Source: an uncultured Chloroflexia bacterium (GTDB taxonomy: Bacteria; Chloroflexota; Limnocylindria; QHBO01). Taken from it: 64,000 nt of DNA. Below are positions 1 to 9,574 of the stretch, one piece after another; positions within the stretch are counted from its first letter, which is position 1, and each line of letters starts with the position of its first letter. The DNA is taken from NCBI GenBank assembly GCA_963816215.1, contig CAWFKB010000001.1, forward strand, positions 54,298 through 118,297, in the 5' to 3' direction. Made by a program: the position numbers and the translations under genes. The notes beneath the pieces were generated by a model that worked only from the letters and a program-made list of their open reading frames with translations, made no database searches and was not told where the DNA came from.

Positions 1-613
1 AGCCGGAGGGGACCGGGTGGGCGGGACCGATGGCGCCCGGCGCTGGTGGGCGATCGACCCGCTGGACGGGACGGTCAACTACGCGAACGGGATTCCCTAT
101 TTCTGCGTCTCGATTGCCCTGATCGACGAGCAGGTACCGGTGCTCGGGGTCGTCTTCGATCCGCTCCGCGGTGACCTGTACACCGCGACGTCGCGGAGCG
201 CGGCCCGATTGAACGGCGCGTTGGCCAAGGCGTCGACCAAAGAGGCGCTCGGCGATTGCGTGGTCAGCTTGGCCATCCTCGGGTATGGCGGCCTGGCCCG
301 GGAGCGGCGGATCGCCCCCGAGATCCGGATCCATCGGCGGATGGGGAGCGCGGCGCTGTCGCTCGCATCGGTCGGCGCGGGGCGCTTCGACGCGTTCGTG
401 CAGAACGGCGGGCTGTCGCGCTGGGACGTGGCTGCGGCCGGCCTGATCGCCGAGCGTGGTGGAGCGGTGGTCACCAACCTGGCCGGCGGACCATGGTGGG
501 ACCCGAACCAGGCCGAGCCGATGTTGAACGTCGTGGCCGCTCCTGCACCGCGCCACGAAGAGCTCCTCAGTCTCCTGCGTGGAGCGGGTACCCGGGTCCG
601 CTCCCGACGCTGA
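1..613 (+). CDS. Inositol monophosphatase family protein, probably 5'-truncated by the window edge
   Basis: WAIDPLDGTVNYA and WDVAAAGLI motifs. Confidence 0.9.
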   Translation, partial: AGGDRVGGTDGARRWWAIDPLDGTVNYANGIPYFCVSIALIDEQVPVLGVVFDPLRGDLYTATSRSAARLNGALAKASTKEALGDCVVSLAILGYGGLARERRIAPEIRIHRRMGSAALSLASVGAGRFDAFVQNGGLSRWDVAAAGLIAERGGAVVTNLAGGPWWDPNQAEPMLNVVAAPAPRHEELLSLLRGAGTRVRSRR

Positions 614-623
614 CCCAGCCCGG

Positions 624-1301
624 TCAGCCAGAGGTCAATGCGGACCCGAGCATCGACAGGGTCCGCGCGGTGGCTCCCCAGACTCGGTGGCCGTTCCATC
701 GGTACACGCCCGTCCGGAGCACGACCTCGGGCAGGACGATCTCTTCCTCGGTGAGCCCGTCATCGGTGAGCAGGCGGCTCAGCGGAAAGGCGAGGATCTC
801 CTCCACCTCCTCGACGCGCGCCGAGAGGACCGGTGGCGCGCCGGCCACCGCGACCACCGGGGTCAGCTCGAAGTTCGACACCGGGATCCAGACCGGGTCG
901 AGCCGCCCGACGACGCGGACGGCGGTCGCGTTGAGGCCGACCTCCTCGTATGCCTCGCGAAGTGCCGTTGCCTCGAGCGAAGCATCCTCCGGGTCCACCG
1001 CGCCACCGGGCAGGGAGATCTCCCCAGGGTGGTCGGGAAGCCCGGGGTGACGCACGGTCAGCGGGATGAGGAGCTCGCCGCTCGAGTCGGGATAGAGGAG
1101 AAGCAGGGTCGCCGCCTGGCGCGCCGTCGGGAACCGAGACCGATCGAATCGGCGGAGGTCGTCCTGGGCCAACGCGGGGTCAGGTGCCGCCCGCCGGGGC
1201 GCCAGTCGAGGGTCGATTGGAATCGGGCGAGCAACCGTGGCCAGGGCAGAGGCGATGACTCCCTGCCAGTCGCCTTCAGCCCGTAAGATGCCGCTCACCA
1301 T
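624..1301 (-). CDS. Nudix hydrolase, CoA pyrophosphatase type
   Basis: HPGEISLPGG, Nudix box ALREAYEEVGL, VWGATA; start uncertain (ATG 1301 has GGAGG just upstream). Confidence 0.85.
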   Translation of the reverse strand: MVSGILRAEGDWQGVIASALATVARPIPIDPRLAPRRAAPDPALAQDDLRRFDRSRFPTARQAATLLLLYPDSSGELLIPLTVRHPGLPDHPGEISLPGGAVDPEDASLEATALREAYEEVGLNATAVRVVGRLDPVWIPVSNFELTPVVAVAGAPPVLSARVEEVEEILAFPLSRLLTDDGLTEEEIVLPEVVLRTGVYRWNGHRVWGATARTLSMLGSALTSG

Positions 1302-1734
1302 GACCTCCCAGCCCGTCAGCCGCGATGACGCGGCCCGAGCCGCGCTTCGCCAGGTGCGCATTGTGGCCAACCGGGTGTCGTTCAGCAGTGGCACCCGCCG
1401 CGAGGTCAACCGGGCGATCGACACCCTGGAGTCGCAACTGGGTCGAAACCAGGTCAACGCCACCGATACGGCGCGCGCCCTGGAGCTCCTGAACCGGGCC
1501 CATCCGGGGCTCCTGTTCGACCTGCTGCGCAGCCGCGCAGCCTCCGAGCGGTTCGCGGCGGCCCTCCGCGAGCTGGGTCTGCGCGGGATTCAGCAGCGAC
1601 TGGACGAGGTGCCCGGCTCGGTCATGGCCGAGCCAATCCCCGGTCCGACCCACGGCCGTGTGCATCGCGACGAGCTACCCCAGGACAAGCGGGTCGACTC
1701 GACCGGGCGGCCACTTCCCCCACCCCGCCGCTAG
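1300..1734 (+). CDS. Hypothetical helical protein
   Basis: Coding-like ORF with TAAGAT at 1284-1289 upstream; no recognised motif. Confidence 0.6.
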   Translation: MTSQPVSRDDAARAALRQVRIVANRVSFSSGTRREVNRAIDTLESQLGRNQVNATDTARALELLNRAHPGLLFDLLRSRAASERFAAALRELGLRGIQQRLDEVPGSVMAEPIPGPTHGRVHRDELPQDKRVDSTGRPLPPPRR

Positions 1735-1747
1735 GTTTTCGTCGGCT

Positions 1748-2554
1748 TCAGGGAGCAGCGAGGGCGCTGACCAGCGCTTCCTCGGTCGCAACGGCGCCCA
1801 GGCCCAACCGATGCGCGGCGACGGCCGCGAACGGAGGCTCGAGGCCGGTCGAGCGAAGCGTCTCCCAGTTGGCGTTGCTGAACGCCTCGCCCGGAGGAGC
1901 GTCGAGGATCACCATCCCGTCGCGGAGGACCACGACCCGATCACACGCCCGGGCCACGAACCGCATGTCGTGACTGATGGTGATCACCGTCCGCCCCGCG
2001 GCCTTGGCCGTCCCGACGGCGCGGAGGACGCGGTCCACTCCCGTCCGATCCTGTCCGGTGGTGGGTTCGTCGAGGACCAGCACCGGCGTCCCCATGGACA
2101 GGACCGATGCGAGGGCCAGGAGCTTGCGCCGCGCCGTCCCGAGGTCATACGGGTTGGTCGTCGCCTCGTCGGTAAGACCCACCTGCTCCAGCGCCGTCGC
2201 GACCGCGCGCGCGAGCGCCTCCCCGCGCAGGCCAACATTCCGGGCGCCGAACTCCACCTCCCGACGTACGGTGCCGGAGAAGATCTGGCGGTCGGGATCC
2301 TGAAAGACGAGGCCCACCACCCGTGCCAGCTCTGCGACGCGCCGGCGCGCCGCGTCGGCGCCGTCCACCAGGACCCGGCCGGAGGTGGGTCGCAGCAGGC
2401 CGTTGAGGTGGCGCGCGAGGGTCGTCTTTCCTGATCCGTTCTGACCGATGAGCGCGACCGATTCACCCGGCTCGATGCGAAGCGTGACGTCGTCGAGGGC
2501 GCGCACTCCGTTGGGGTAGTCGTGCACGAGGTGGTCGACCGCCAGCTGGGTCAT
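1748..2554 (-). CDS. ecfA: ECF transporter ATPase
   Basis: Walker A GQNGSGKT, FQDPDRQIF Q-loop, LDEPT; 4-nt overlap with the upstream ATPase. Confidence 0.9.
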   Translation of the reverse strand: MTQLAVDHLVHDYPNGVRALDDVTLRIEPGESVALIGQNGSGKTTLARHLNGLLRPTSGRVLVDGADAARRRVAELARVVGLVFQDPDRQIFSGTVRREVEFGARNVGLRGEALARAVATALEQVGLTDEATTNPYDLGTARRKLLALASVLSMGTPVLVLDEPTTGQDRTGVDRVLRAVGTAKAAGRTVITISHDMRFVARACDRVVVLRDGMVILDAPPGEAFSNANWETLRSTGLEPPFAAVAAHRLGLGAVATEEALVSALAAP

Positions 2555-3369
2555 GCCGCGCCCGCCAGACGAGCCGGATCCACGCCGGCCGCCACGGCCA
2601 GCCCGCGCAGACGGGCATCGGTCGTCAAGTCGACCCCCAGCGACTCGAGGGTCGGATCGGTCAGGACGACGCTGGCCGGACCGTCGAGCCGAACCCGGCC
2701 ATGGTCCAGTGCCAGGACCCGGGTGCAGATGCCGGCCAGCAGGTCGGTGTTCTGCTCCGCGATGAGGATGGACGCTCCGCCGTCCGCCAACCGAGCGATG
2801 GCTTCGCCCACCATCCGAGTGCCCGCCGGATCGAGGTGAGCCGTCGGTTCGTCGAGCACCAGGTGGGTCGGGCGGAGGGCGAGCAGGCCGGCCAAGGCCA
2901 CCAGCTGCCGCTGGCCCCCCGACAGGTGCTCCGGGTCGCGTGCGCCCAGGGCTGCGAGGCCGACCTCCGAGAGCGCCGCCTCGGTGCGGGCCATCACGTC
3001 GCCGCGCGGGAGGCCCAGGTTCATCGGTCCGAAGGCGACCTCTTCGTACACCGTTGAGCACATACCGCTCAGCTGGGTGGTCGCGAAGGCGATACCGATC
3101 AGGCTCGGCAGCTCACCGGCCGCGAGGCTCGCCAGGCTCCGGCCGTTGACCGTCGCGGCGCCGTCAAGGTGACCGCCGATCGAGCGCGGGGCCAGGCCCG
3201 CCGCTACCAGGCAGACCGTGGTCTTGCCCGACTCGGTCGCGCCCGTCAGGCCCACCACGTCGCCCGGACCGAGGGACAGCGACAGCTCCACGATGGAAGG
3301 GATCGCGGCACCGGCATAGCGGTAGGTCACCGCGTCCAGCTCGAGCCGTCCCACCGATGCATCGCTCAC
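2551..3369 (-). CDS. ecfA: ECF transporter ATPase (second copy)
   Basis: GATESGKT, LSGGQRQ, LDEPT; GTG start inferred. Confidence 0.88.
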   Translation of the reverse strand: MSDASVGRLELDAVTYRYAGAAIPSIVELSLSLGPGDVVGLTGATESGKTTVCLVAAGLAPRSIGGHLDGAATVNGRSLASLAAGELPSLIGIAFATTQLSGMCSTVYEEVAFGPMNLGLPRGDVMARTEAALSEVGLAALGARDPEHLSGGQRQLVALAGLLALRPTHLVLDEPTAHLDPAGTRMVGEAIARLADGGASILIAEQNTDLLAGICTRVLALDHGRVRLDGPASVVLTDPTLESLGVDLTTDARLRGLAVAAGVDPARLAGAA

Positions 3370-4169
3370 GGCAGCCACCCGGCGAATCCGGCCACGATCA
3401 GGAGAGGGATGGTGGCCGCCATGAGCCAGCGAGCCACGCGCTCGACCGCGGTGTCGCGGGGCATCCACAGCAGCGAGCGCCGCCCCGGCCGGGAGAAGCC
3501 GCGCGCCTCGAGCGCCATGGCGCGCTCCTCGACTTCGCCAATCGACCCCAGCAGGACGGGCGCAACGAGCGGCAGCACGCCCCGGATCCGGCGCCACGCC
3601 GACCCCTCGGTGTCCAACCCGCGGGCGCGCTGGGCGGCGGCGATCTCGCCCGCTCGTTCGACGATCGCCGGTACGGTCCGGACCGAAGCGCTCACCACGA
3701 ACGCGAGGCGGGCGCCAACCCCGCGCCGCTCGAGGTCCACCACCAGCGACCCGATCGGTGTGGTCAGATAGAAAAGCGCCAGCGCGCCGGTGATGGCCAG
3801 CAGCCGGGCGAGGGTCTCGATCGCGAAGGCCAGGCCCTCGGCCGTGGCCGCAATCGGTCCGACCTGGAACAGGACCGTGGAGCCGTTCGGGAAGAAGAAC
3901 AGGTTGACCACCAGGACGCTGATGGCCAGTGGCAGCGCGAGCAGCAGGCCCACCCGCAGGAGCCGAGGCAGCACCCCGGCGATGGCCGCCGGCAGGAGCA
4001 CGGCCAGCACGACCAGGGACAGCGGACCAATGACGCCTCCCAGCAGCGTGGCGTCGACGGCGGTGACGGTCGCCGCCACCAGGCGGGTGAGCGGGTTGAG
4101 CCGGTGCCAGGCGGTGGGGGTGGGCGGGACCAGGAAGGCCGGGGTCGCCGGCTCGGCGGTGACGGTCAG
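3366..4169 (-). CDS. ecfT: ECF transporter T component
   Basis: HRLNPLTRL N-terminus, AQRARG and ALEARGF motifs; start probably CTG at 4169 overlapping the upstream stop. Confidence 0.88.
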   Translation of the reverse strand: MTVTAEPATPAFLVPPTPTAWHRLNPLTRLVAATVTAVDATLLGGVIGPLSLVVLAVLLPAAIAGVLPRLLRVGLLLALPLAISVLVVNLFFFPNGSTVLFQVGPIAATAEGLAFAIETLARLLAITGALALFYLTTPIGSLVVDLERRGVGARLAFVVSASVRTVPAIVERAGEIAAAQRARGLDTEGSAWRRIRGVLPLVAPVLLGSIGEVEERAMALEARGFSRPGRRSLLWMPRDTAVERVARWLMAATIPLLIVAGFAGWLP

Positions 4170-5330
4170 CCCGGGCTCTCCATCGGCGCCGGGGGAGCAA
4201 CCGCCGGTTCGGGAACGACCTCAGGCGCCTCCTGCTCCTCGATCAGCTGCTCGCCCTGCGGGAAGCGGGCCTTGAGGCGCACCGCCATGGCCACCACGAT
4301 CAGGTACACGATCACGAAGGTGGTCGCCTTGTCGATGGGGTCGCTGATAAGGCCCTGGCCGGTCGTCGCGGCATACAGGTCGGCGCCGCCCTGGCGCAGC
4401 GCGGCGACCAGGAAATCGGTCCCCGCCCCGGTGACGCCGCCGAACACGCCCGCCGCGATGGGCGCGCTGATGAGTGCACACACGATGCCTGTCGCGACAC
4501 CGACGACGACCGCATACGCGGCGGTGATGTCCCGCCGCCCGAAGAGCAGCGCGAACACGCCCAGCACGGCGGCCACCACCAGCAGGATGGCCACGTAGCC
4601 CAGGATCAGGAACAGTCTGGCTATCAGTGGACGGAAGCGGGCTGATGTCGACCCCGAAGATGAGCGTGTAGCCCACCGAGGCCAGCCACGCCAGACCGAT
4701 GATGATGACCGCCACCAGCACCCCGGCCACGACCAGCTGCCCGGTCGGGCGGCCCGGGCGCGGGCGCATGACCCCATACCGGCCAGCCAGACCGGCCGCG
4801 ATACCGATCACGGCGGCCACCACCGCGAAGGCGGCCGCGGGCGGGTACTGGAAGGGTGGCGGGATGACGTAGGCCCACAGGATGTTGGCCAACGCCCCGG
4901 TGGCGGCGCCGGCGATCGGTCCAGCCAGGACGCCCACCAGGATGGTGCCGATCGAGTCGAGGTAGATCGGGATCTTCAGGGCCGCGGCCACGGTCTGACC
5001 CAGCACGATGTTGATCGCGATCGCGATGGGCATGAGGGCCACGACGCGAAGCGTGAACTGGCGGGACAGCGAGTCCAGGCGACCGGTTTGGATCTTCTCC
5101 AGTGCGAAGGTCACCGCCGCCCCGACCAGCATGGCGACCGCCAGGATCAGCGCGAACGAGTTGGCGGCGGTCGGAATGGCTCCGGTGTTGGGGTCGACCT
5201 CGCCGTTCGAGAACTGGCCGAAGGCCACGATGCCCACCGCGGTGGCAATGACGAAGGCCACTGCCCCGGCGGCCACTCGCATCCACCCCGAGCCGCCGTC
5301 TGCGTGCTGCGCCTGCTCGCCGGTTGTCAT
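4166..5330 (-). CDS. ECF S component with extra transmembrane helices; frameshift near 4620-4635
   Basis: IPIYLDSIGTILVGVLAGP in ORF 4221..5330 continues as ISAPIAAGVFGGVTG...DPIDK in ORF 4166..4777. Confidence 0.8.
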
Positions 5331-5358
5331 CGGTCCGTCTCCTCCGTTCGCGATCTCG

Positions 5359-6324
5359 TCAGGCTACCGCTCGCGCCAGGCGGTCCAGGATCTCTTCATG
5401 CATCGCGCCGGCATCGATCGCGGTCGCGACGTTCACCATCGGTCGTGGGTCGTCATCGGACGGACGGACCGTGCCGGCCAGCGCGGGGTCGGCGGACGTG
5501 TCGCACGCCAGCCGCCGGTCGCGGCTGCCGGTGACCAGCTCGGGGCGCAGGACGGCGCCGACCAGGGTGACCGGATCGTGGAGATAGCAGCCGTCGATGC
5601 CATCGGCCTCCCGGTGGTAGCCCACGTAGAAGCGGAGGGCATCGCGGACGACGCCCGCCAGGTCGGTCTCCGGCAGGCGGTCCATGTCGTCCAGCGTGAA
5701 GACGACCTGCTGGGTCGCATCCAGCGGGAAGACCCGGTCCAGGGCGCCGCCGGACAGGCATATCTCGGCAGCCTCGGGGTCCACGCAGGCGTTCCACTCC
5801 CCGGTCTGGGTCGTGTTGCCCCGGACGTCCAGCGCGCCGCCCATCCAGATCACCTCGCGGGCGCCGCCGGCGAGGTCCACGCCGGAACCGGCCGCCGAGG
5901 CGAGGTTCGTCAGCGGCCCGGTGGCGAGGATCGTCATCTCGCCCGGGTGGCGGGTGAGATGGGCCTCGAAGTAGCGGGCCGCGGGGACGGCGGTGAAGTC
6001 GGTCGTCTCGAGGACGCGCTGCTCCCCCCGGAGCAGGGCATATCCCGTCCCGGTCGGACCGTGGGTTTCGGGCGCCGTCCGCAGGCGCCGGCTCAGCGGC
6101 CGGGCCGCACCGATCGACACCGGGACGTCGCCCCGCCCCACCATCTGGAGCAGGGTCCCGGTGTTCCGGGCGACGTGCTGGAGCTCGACGTTTCCCGCCA
6201 CGCAGGTCACGCCGCGGAGGTTGAGCTCGGGGGCAGTGGCTGCGATGAGGATGGCGACCATGTCGTCGATCCCGGTGTCGACGTCCAGGATCACCGGGCG
6301 GCGGCTAGCGCTCGGCTCGATCAT
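5359..6324 (-). CDS. Nucleoside hydrolase, IunH family
   Basis: DVDTGIDD, TGPLTNLA, EWN..VDPEAA, LHDP. Confidence 0.92.
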   Translation of the reverse strand: MIEPSASRRPVILDVDTGIDDMVAILIAATAPELNLRGVTCVAGNVELQHVARNTGTLLQMVGRGDVPVSIGAARPLSRRLRTAPETHGPTGTGYALLRGEQRVLETTDFTAVPAARYFEAHLTRHPGEMTILATGPLTNLASAAGSGVDLAGGAREVIWMGGALDVRGNTTQTGEWNACVDPEAAEICLSGGALDRVFPLDATQQVVFTLDDMDRLPETDLAGVVRDALRFYVGYHREADGIDGCYLHDPVTLVGAVLRPELVTGSRDRRLACDTSADPALAGTVRPSDDDPRPMVNVATAIDAGAMHEEILDRLARAVA

Positions 6325-6334
6325 CGGTCGCATC

Positions 6335-7237
6335 CTACGCTGGCCAGCCCCCGGCCTGGCCCACCTTCGAGGCCAGCGGCCGGCCCAGCACCGTGCTGAT
6401 GGATTCGGCGGCACGCAGTACACCGTCCAGGTCGACTCCGTGGCGCAGGCCCTCGCGGTCCAGCAGGTAAACCAGGTCCTCGGTGGCCAGGTTGCCCGCC
6501 GCGCCGGGCGCGTACGGGCATCCTCCGGTCCCGCCCGTGCTCGCGTCGAAGCACCGGATGCCCAGACCGATGGCGGTCGCCACGTTGGCGACCGCGGTCC
6601 CGCGCGTGTCGTGGAAGTGCATCGCCAGCCGATCCGGACCGATGCCGGCGCCCGCCAGGGCGCCGATCACGCGCCGTACGTCGGCCGGACCGGCGACCCC
6701 GATCGTGTCACCGATGCTCAGCTCGTCCACGCCCAGCGCGAGCAACCGTTCGGCGACGCTCACCACCGCATCGGTCGAAATCGGTCCCTCGTACGGGCAG
6801 CCGAAGGCGGTGGACAGGTAGCCGCGGATCCACCACCCGTTGGCCCGCCCGTGGGCGACGACCGGCGCGAAGGCGGCCAGCGACTCGTCGATGGACATCC
6901 CGATGTTGTGCTGGGTGAAGGTCTCCGAGGCCGCGGTGAAGACGCAGACCGCGTCGACGTGGGCGGCGATCGCCCGCTCCAGTCCCCGGGCATTGGGGAC
7001 GAGGACGGGATAGCGGACCCCCGGCCGCCGGTCGAGGCGGGCCATCAGGTCGTCGGCGTCGGCCAGCTGCGGAATGGCGGACGGGGCCACGAACGACGTG
7101 GCCTCGATCTCGCGCAGGCCGGCGTCGGCCAGCACGCCCAGGAACGCGAGCTTGTCCTCGGTCGAGATGGGCTGCGCCTCGTTCTGGAGCCCGTCTCGGG
7201 GTCCCACCTCGTAGATCCGCACGTCGACCTGGGCCAC
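6335..7237 (-). CDS. liuE: Hydroxymethylglutaryl-CoA lyase
   Basis: EVGPRDGLQNE, HFHDTRG, GGCPYAPGAAGNLATED. Confidence 0.95.
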   Translation of the reverse strand: MAQVDVRIYEVGPRDGLQNEAQPISTEDKLAFLGVLADAGLREIEATSFVAPSAIPQLADADDLMARLDRRPGVRYPVLVPNARGLERAIAAHVDAVCVFTAASETFTQHNIGMSIDESLAAFAPVVAHGRANGWWIRGYLSTAFGCPYEGPISTDAVVSVAERLLALGVDELSIGDTIGVAGPADVRRVIGALAGAGIGPDRLAMHFHDTRGTAVANVATAIGLGIRCFDASTGGTGGCPYAPGAAGNLATEDLVYLLDREGLRHGVDLDGVLRAAESISTVLGRPLASKVGQAGGWPA

Positions 7238-7284
7238 GACCGCCATTCTAGGTGCGCCGTTCCCTGCGCCCGATCACATCGGCT

Positions 7285-7317
7285 CTTCAAACGTTCTTAA
7301 GATCGGCCGCCCATAGT
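7285..7317 (+). promoter_or_regulatory. Direct repeat CTTCAA-N5-CTTAAG followed by -10-like CATAGT, upstream of the apbE operon
   Basis: AT-rich repeat with 11-bp period, resembling OmpR/PhoB-family sites; ATG lies 7 nt after CATAGT. Confidence 0.5.
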
Positions 7318-7324
7318 CGCCGCA

Positions 7325-7627
7325 ATGGGCAGTTCGCAGACTCCACAGCATCGGCCGCAAACCGCGCGAAGCAGGTCCCGCAAGCCTGAGAAGGTGGAGC
7401 ATCCGCATGTTTTGGCGCGTCGGTTGAAGCGCTGGGCGGTCGTGGCGGCTGCTGCCGCGTTTGGCCTGACCTGGGGCCTCGTCTCCCAGAACGCGGTGGG
7501 GGCCACCAACGCGGCGACGACCCAGCGGGCCACGATTCCGGGGTCCGAGTACTTCGGTTCGGCCGGCAGCCAGTCGGTCCCACTCATTGGTGGTGGCATA
7601 CCGGTCGTGCGCACCGGCGCCTCCTAG
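7325..7627 (+). CDS. Small single-TM protein ending in TGAS (candidate flavinylation substrate)
   Basis: Basic N-terminus, hydrophobic segment WAVVAAAAAFGLTWGLV, C-terminal VVRTGAS; 13 nt upstream of apbE. Confidence 0.65.
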   Translation: MGSSQTPQHRPQTARSRSRKPEKVEHPHVLARRLKRWAVVAAAAAFGLTWGLVSQNAVGATNAATTQRATIPGSEYFGSAGSQSVPLIGGGIPVVRTGAS

Positions 7628-7640
7628 GCGCGGAGCCCTC

Positions 7641-8573
7641 ATGACACTCGTCCAACCGGCGCCGGCCGGGATCTACCAGACGCCGATCGGCTTCGCCCGC
7701 CACACGTTCCCAACGATGGGATGCGCGTGCACCGTGATCCTCCCCGCAGCGCGGCTCGACGCTGCGGTCGAGGTCGAAGCCCTGTTCGCCGCATGGCACG
7801 AGGCGCTGTCGCGCTTCATCCCTGACAGCGAGCTCTCGCGCCTCAACGCGCAGCCAGGGACACCGGTACGGGTCTCTCCGCTGCTGTTCAGCGTCCTCGA
7901 GGAGGCCCTGCGGGCTGCGAATGCCACGAATGGGCTGTTCGATCCAACGCTCGAACCCACGATCCGCGAGCTCGGCTATGACCGAACGTTCGCGTCGCTC
8001 GCTCCCGACGGCGCTCCGGTTCAGGCGCATCCGTCCCTTGGCGCCTGGCGCCACGTAGTGCTCGATCGCTCCGTGCAGACGGTGGCGCTCCCGATCGGCG
8101 CGGGCATCGATCTGGGCGGGATTGCGAAGGGCATGGCGGTGGACGCGGGCGTGGCGCTTCTCGAATCTCGCGGCGTCGAGTCCGCGATGATCGAGGCCGG
8201 CGGAGATCTGGCCGTCCTGGGACTGCCACCCGAAGAGGACGCCTGGTGGGTGGCCGTCGACGGCTTGGTCGGGCGCGTTGCGATCACCAGCGGGGGATTG
8301 GCGACATCGGGAGTCGCCCGACGGTCGTGGCGACGGGGCGGACAGGTCTACCACCACCTCATCGACCCGCGCACCGGCGACTCGGCACGGTCGGACCTGT
8401 GGTCCGTGACCGCGGCGGCCGGAAGCTGCGCCCAGGCCGAGGTCGCGGCCAAGGTCGCCCTGATCAATGGTCGAGAGGCCGGCTCGGTATTCCTCGATGC
8501 GATCGGCATCTCCGCCCTTTTCGTCGAGCGTGACGGTGGGGCGTTGACCGTCGGGCTGTGGGAGGCCGCATGA
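7641..8573 (+). CDS. apbE: FAD:protein FMN transferase
   Basis: SRF..DSELSRLN, TNGLFDPT, IDLGGIAKG, AGGD, LATSG, HHLIDPRTG. Confidence 0.95.
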   Translation: MTLVQPAPAGIYQTPIGFARHTFPTMGCACTVILPAARLDAAVEVEALFAAWHEALSRFIPDSELSRLNAQPGTPVRVSPLLFSVLEEALRAANATNGLFDPTLEPTIRELGYDRTFASLAPDGAPVQAHPSLGAWRHVVLDRSVQTVALPIGAGIDLGGIAKGMAVDAGVALLESRGVESAMIEAGGDLAVLGLPPEEDAWWVAVDGLVGRVAITSGGLATSGVARRSWRRGGQVYHHLIDPRTGDSARSDLWSVTAAAGSCAQAEVAAKVALINGREAGSVFLDAIGISALFVERDGGALTVGLWEAA

Positions 8574-9574
8574 CCGGCGCCGTGACCTGGGACCTCGCGC
8601 GGGCTGCTGGACTGGTGGCCTACGTGTTCCTGACCGCATCGGTCTCCCTGGGCATCGCGCTCAGCCTGGGCTGGCGGACCGCGCGCTGGAATCGGTTCGT
8701 GACCAACGAGGTCCATCGGTTCGTCACCCTCCTGGCACTCCTCTTCCTGGTGCTCCACGGCATAGCCATCGTGGTCGACCCGTTCATCAAGATGAGCGTG
8801 AGCGACGTGCTCGTCCCGTTCACCACGACCTATCGGCCGCTGTGGGTTGGCCTGGGAATCCTGGGCGGATACCTCGTTGCCGCGGTGTACTTCTCCGAGC
8901 GGGTGCGCAGTCGGATCGGCTACGCGTGGTGGCGGCGGTTCCACGGCCTGGCATTCGCCGCGTTCCTCATGACTCTCCTGCACGGGATCGCGACGGGCAG
9001 CGACACCCGCGCGCCGTGGGCGTTGGCCCTGTACGGAGGCAGCGCACTGCTGGTCGCGGTCCTGCTCGGGCTGCGGCTCCTGCCCGCGCCGCCGGCACGT
9101 CACCGCCCGGTGATCGCGGTCATCGCTGCGTCGGTCCTGGTTGCGGTCGTGTCCTTCACGGTGTCCCAACCGCTCCAGCCAGGCTGGAGCGCCCGAGCGG
9201 GCGGCACCATTCCGGCAGGTGTGACTGCCGCCACGGCCTCGACCTCCGGCCTGGGCGTCACCGTGTCCAAGCCGCTCACGTTTGATGGGCAGATTGCTCG
9301 GTCCGAGAACACGATCCAGGTGACCGGCGAGACACAGGACGGAACGGCGGCGTTCCGAGTGCAGCTCACGGGCACCGAGGAAGGGGTCGGTGGGCAGATC
9401 GTCATGAACACCGGGACGGCCCAGGTCTGCGAAGGCCCGGTGACCCAGATCGGCGACACCACGATCGATGCCACCTGCTCGACAGCCGGTGGCACCTGGT
9501 CCCTCCGGATTGCGGTGCTGTCGGCGTCGGAGAGCCAGATCACCGGGACGCTCGAGGTCGCGCCCCGCTCCTAG
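8570..9574 (+). CDS. Ferric reductase/MsrQ-like heme b membrane protein with a C-terminal beta-rich domain
   Basis: Six TM segments; His pairs VHRF...VLHG and FHGL...LLHG; WRRFH and GSD motifs. Confidence 0.85.
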   Translation: MTGAVTWDLARAAGLVAYVFLTASVSLGIALSLGWRTARWNRFVTNEVHRFVTLLALLFLVLHGIAIVVDPFIKMSVSDVLVPFTTTYRPLWVGLGILGGYLVAAVYFSERVRSRIGYAWWRRFHGLAFAAFLMTLLHGIATGSDTRAPWALALYGGSALLVAVLLGLRLLPAPPARHRPVIAVIAASVLVAVVSFTVSQPLQPGWSARAGGTIPAGVTAATASTSGLGVTVSKPLTFDGQIARSENTIQVTGETQDGTAAFRVQLTGTEEGVGGQIVMNTGTAQVCEGPVTQIGDTTIDATCSTAGGTWSLRIAVLSASESQITGTLEVAPRS

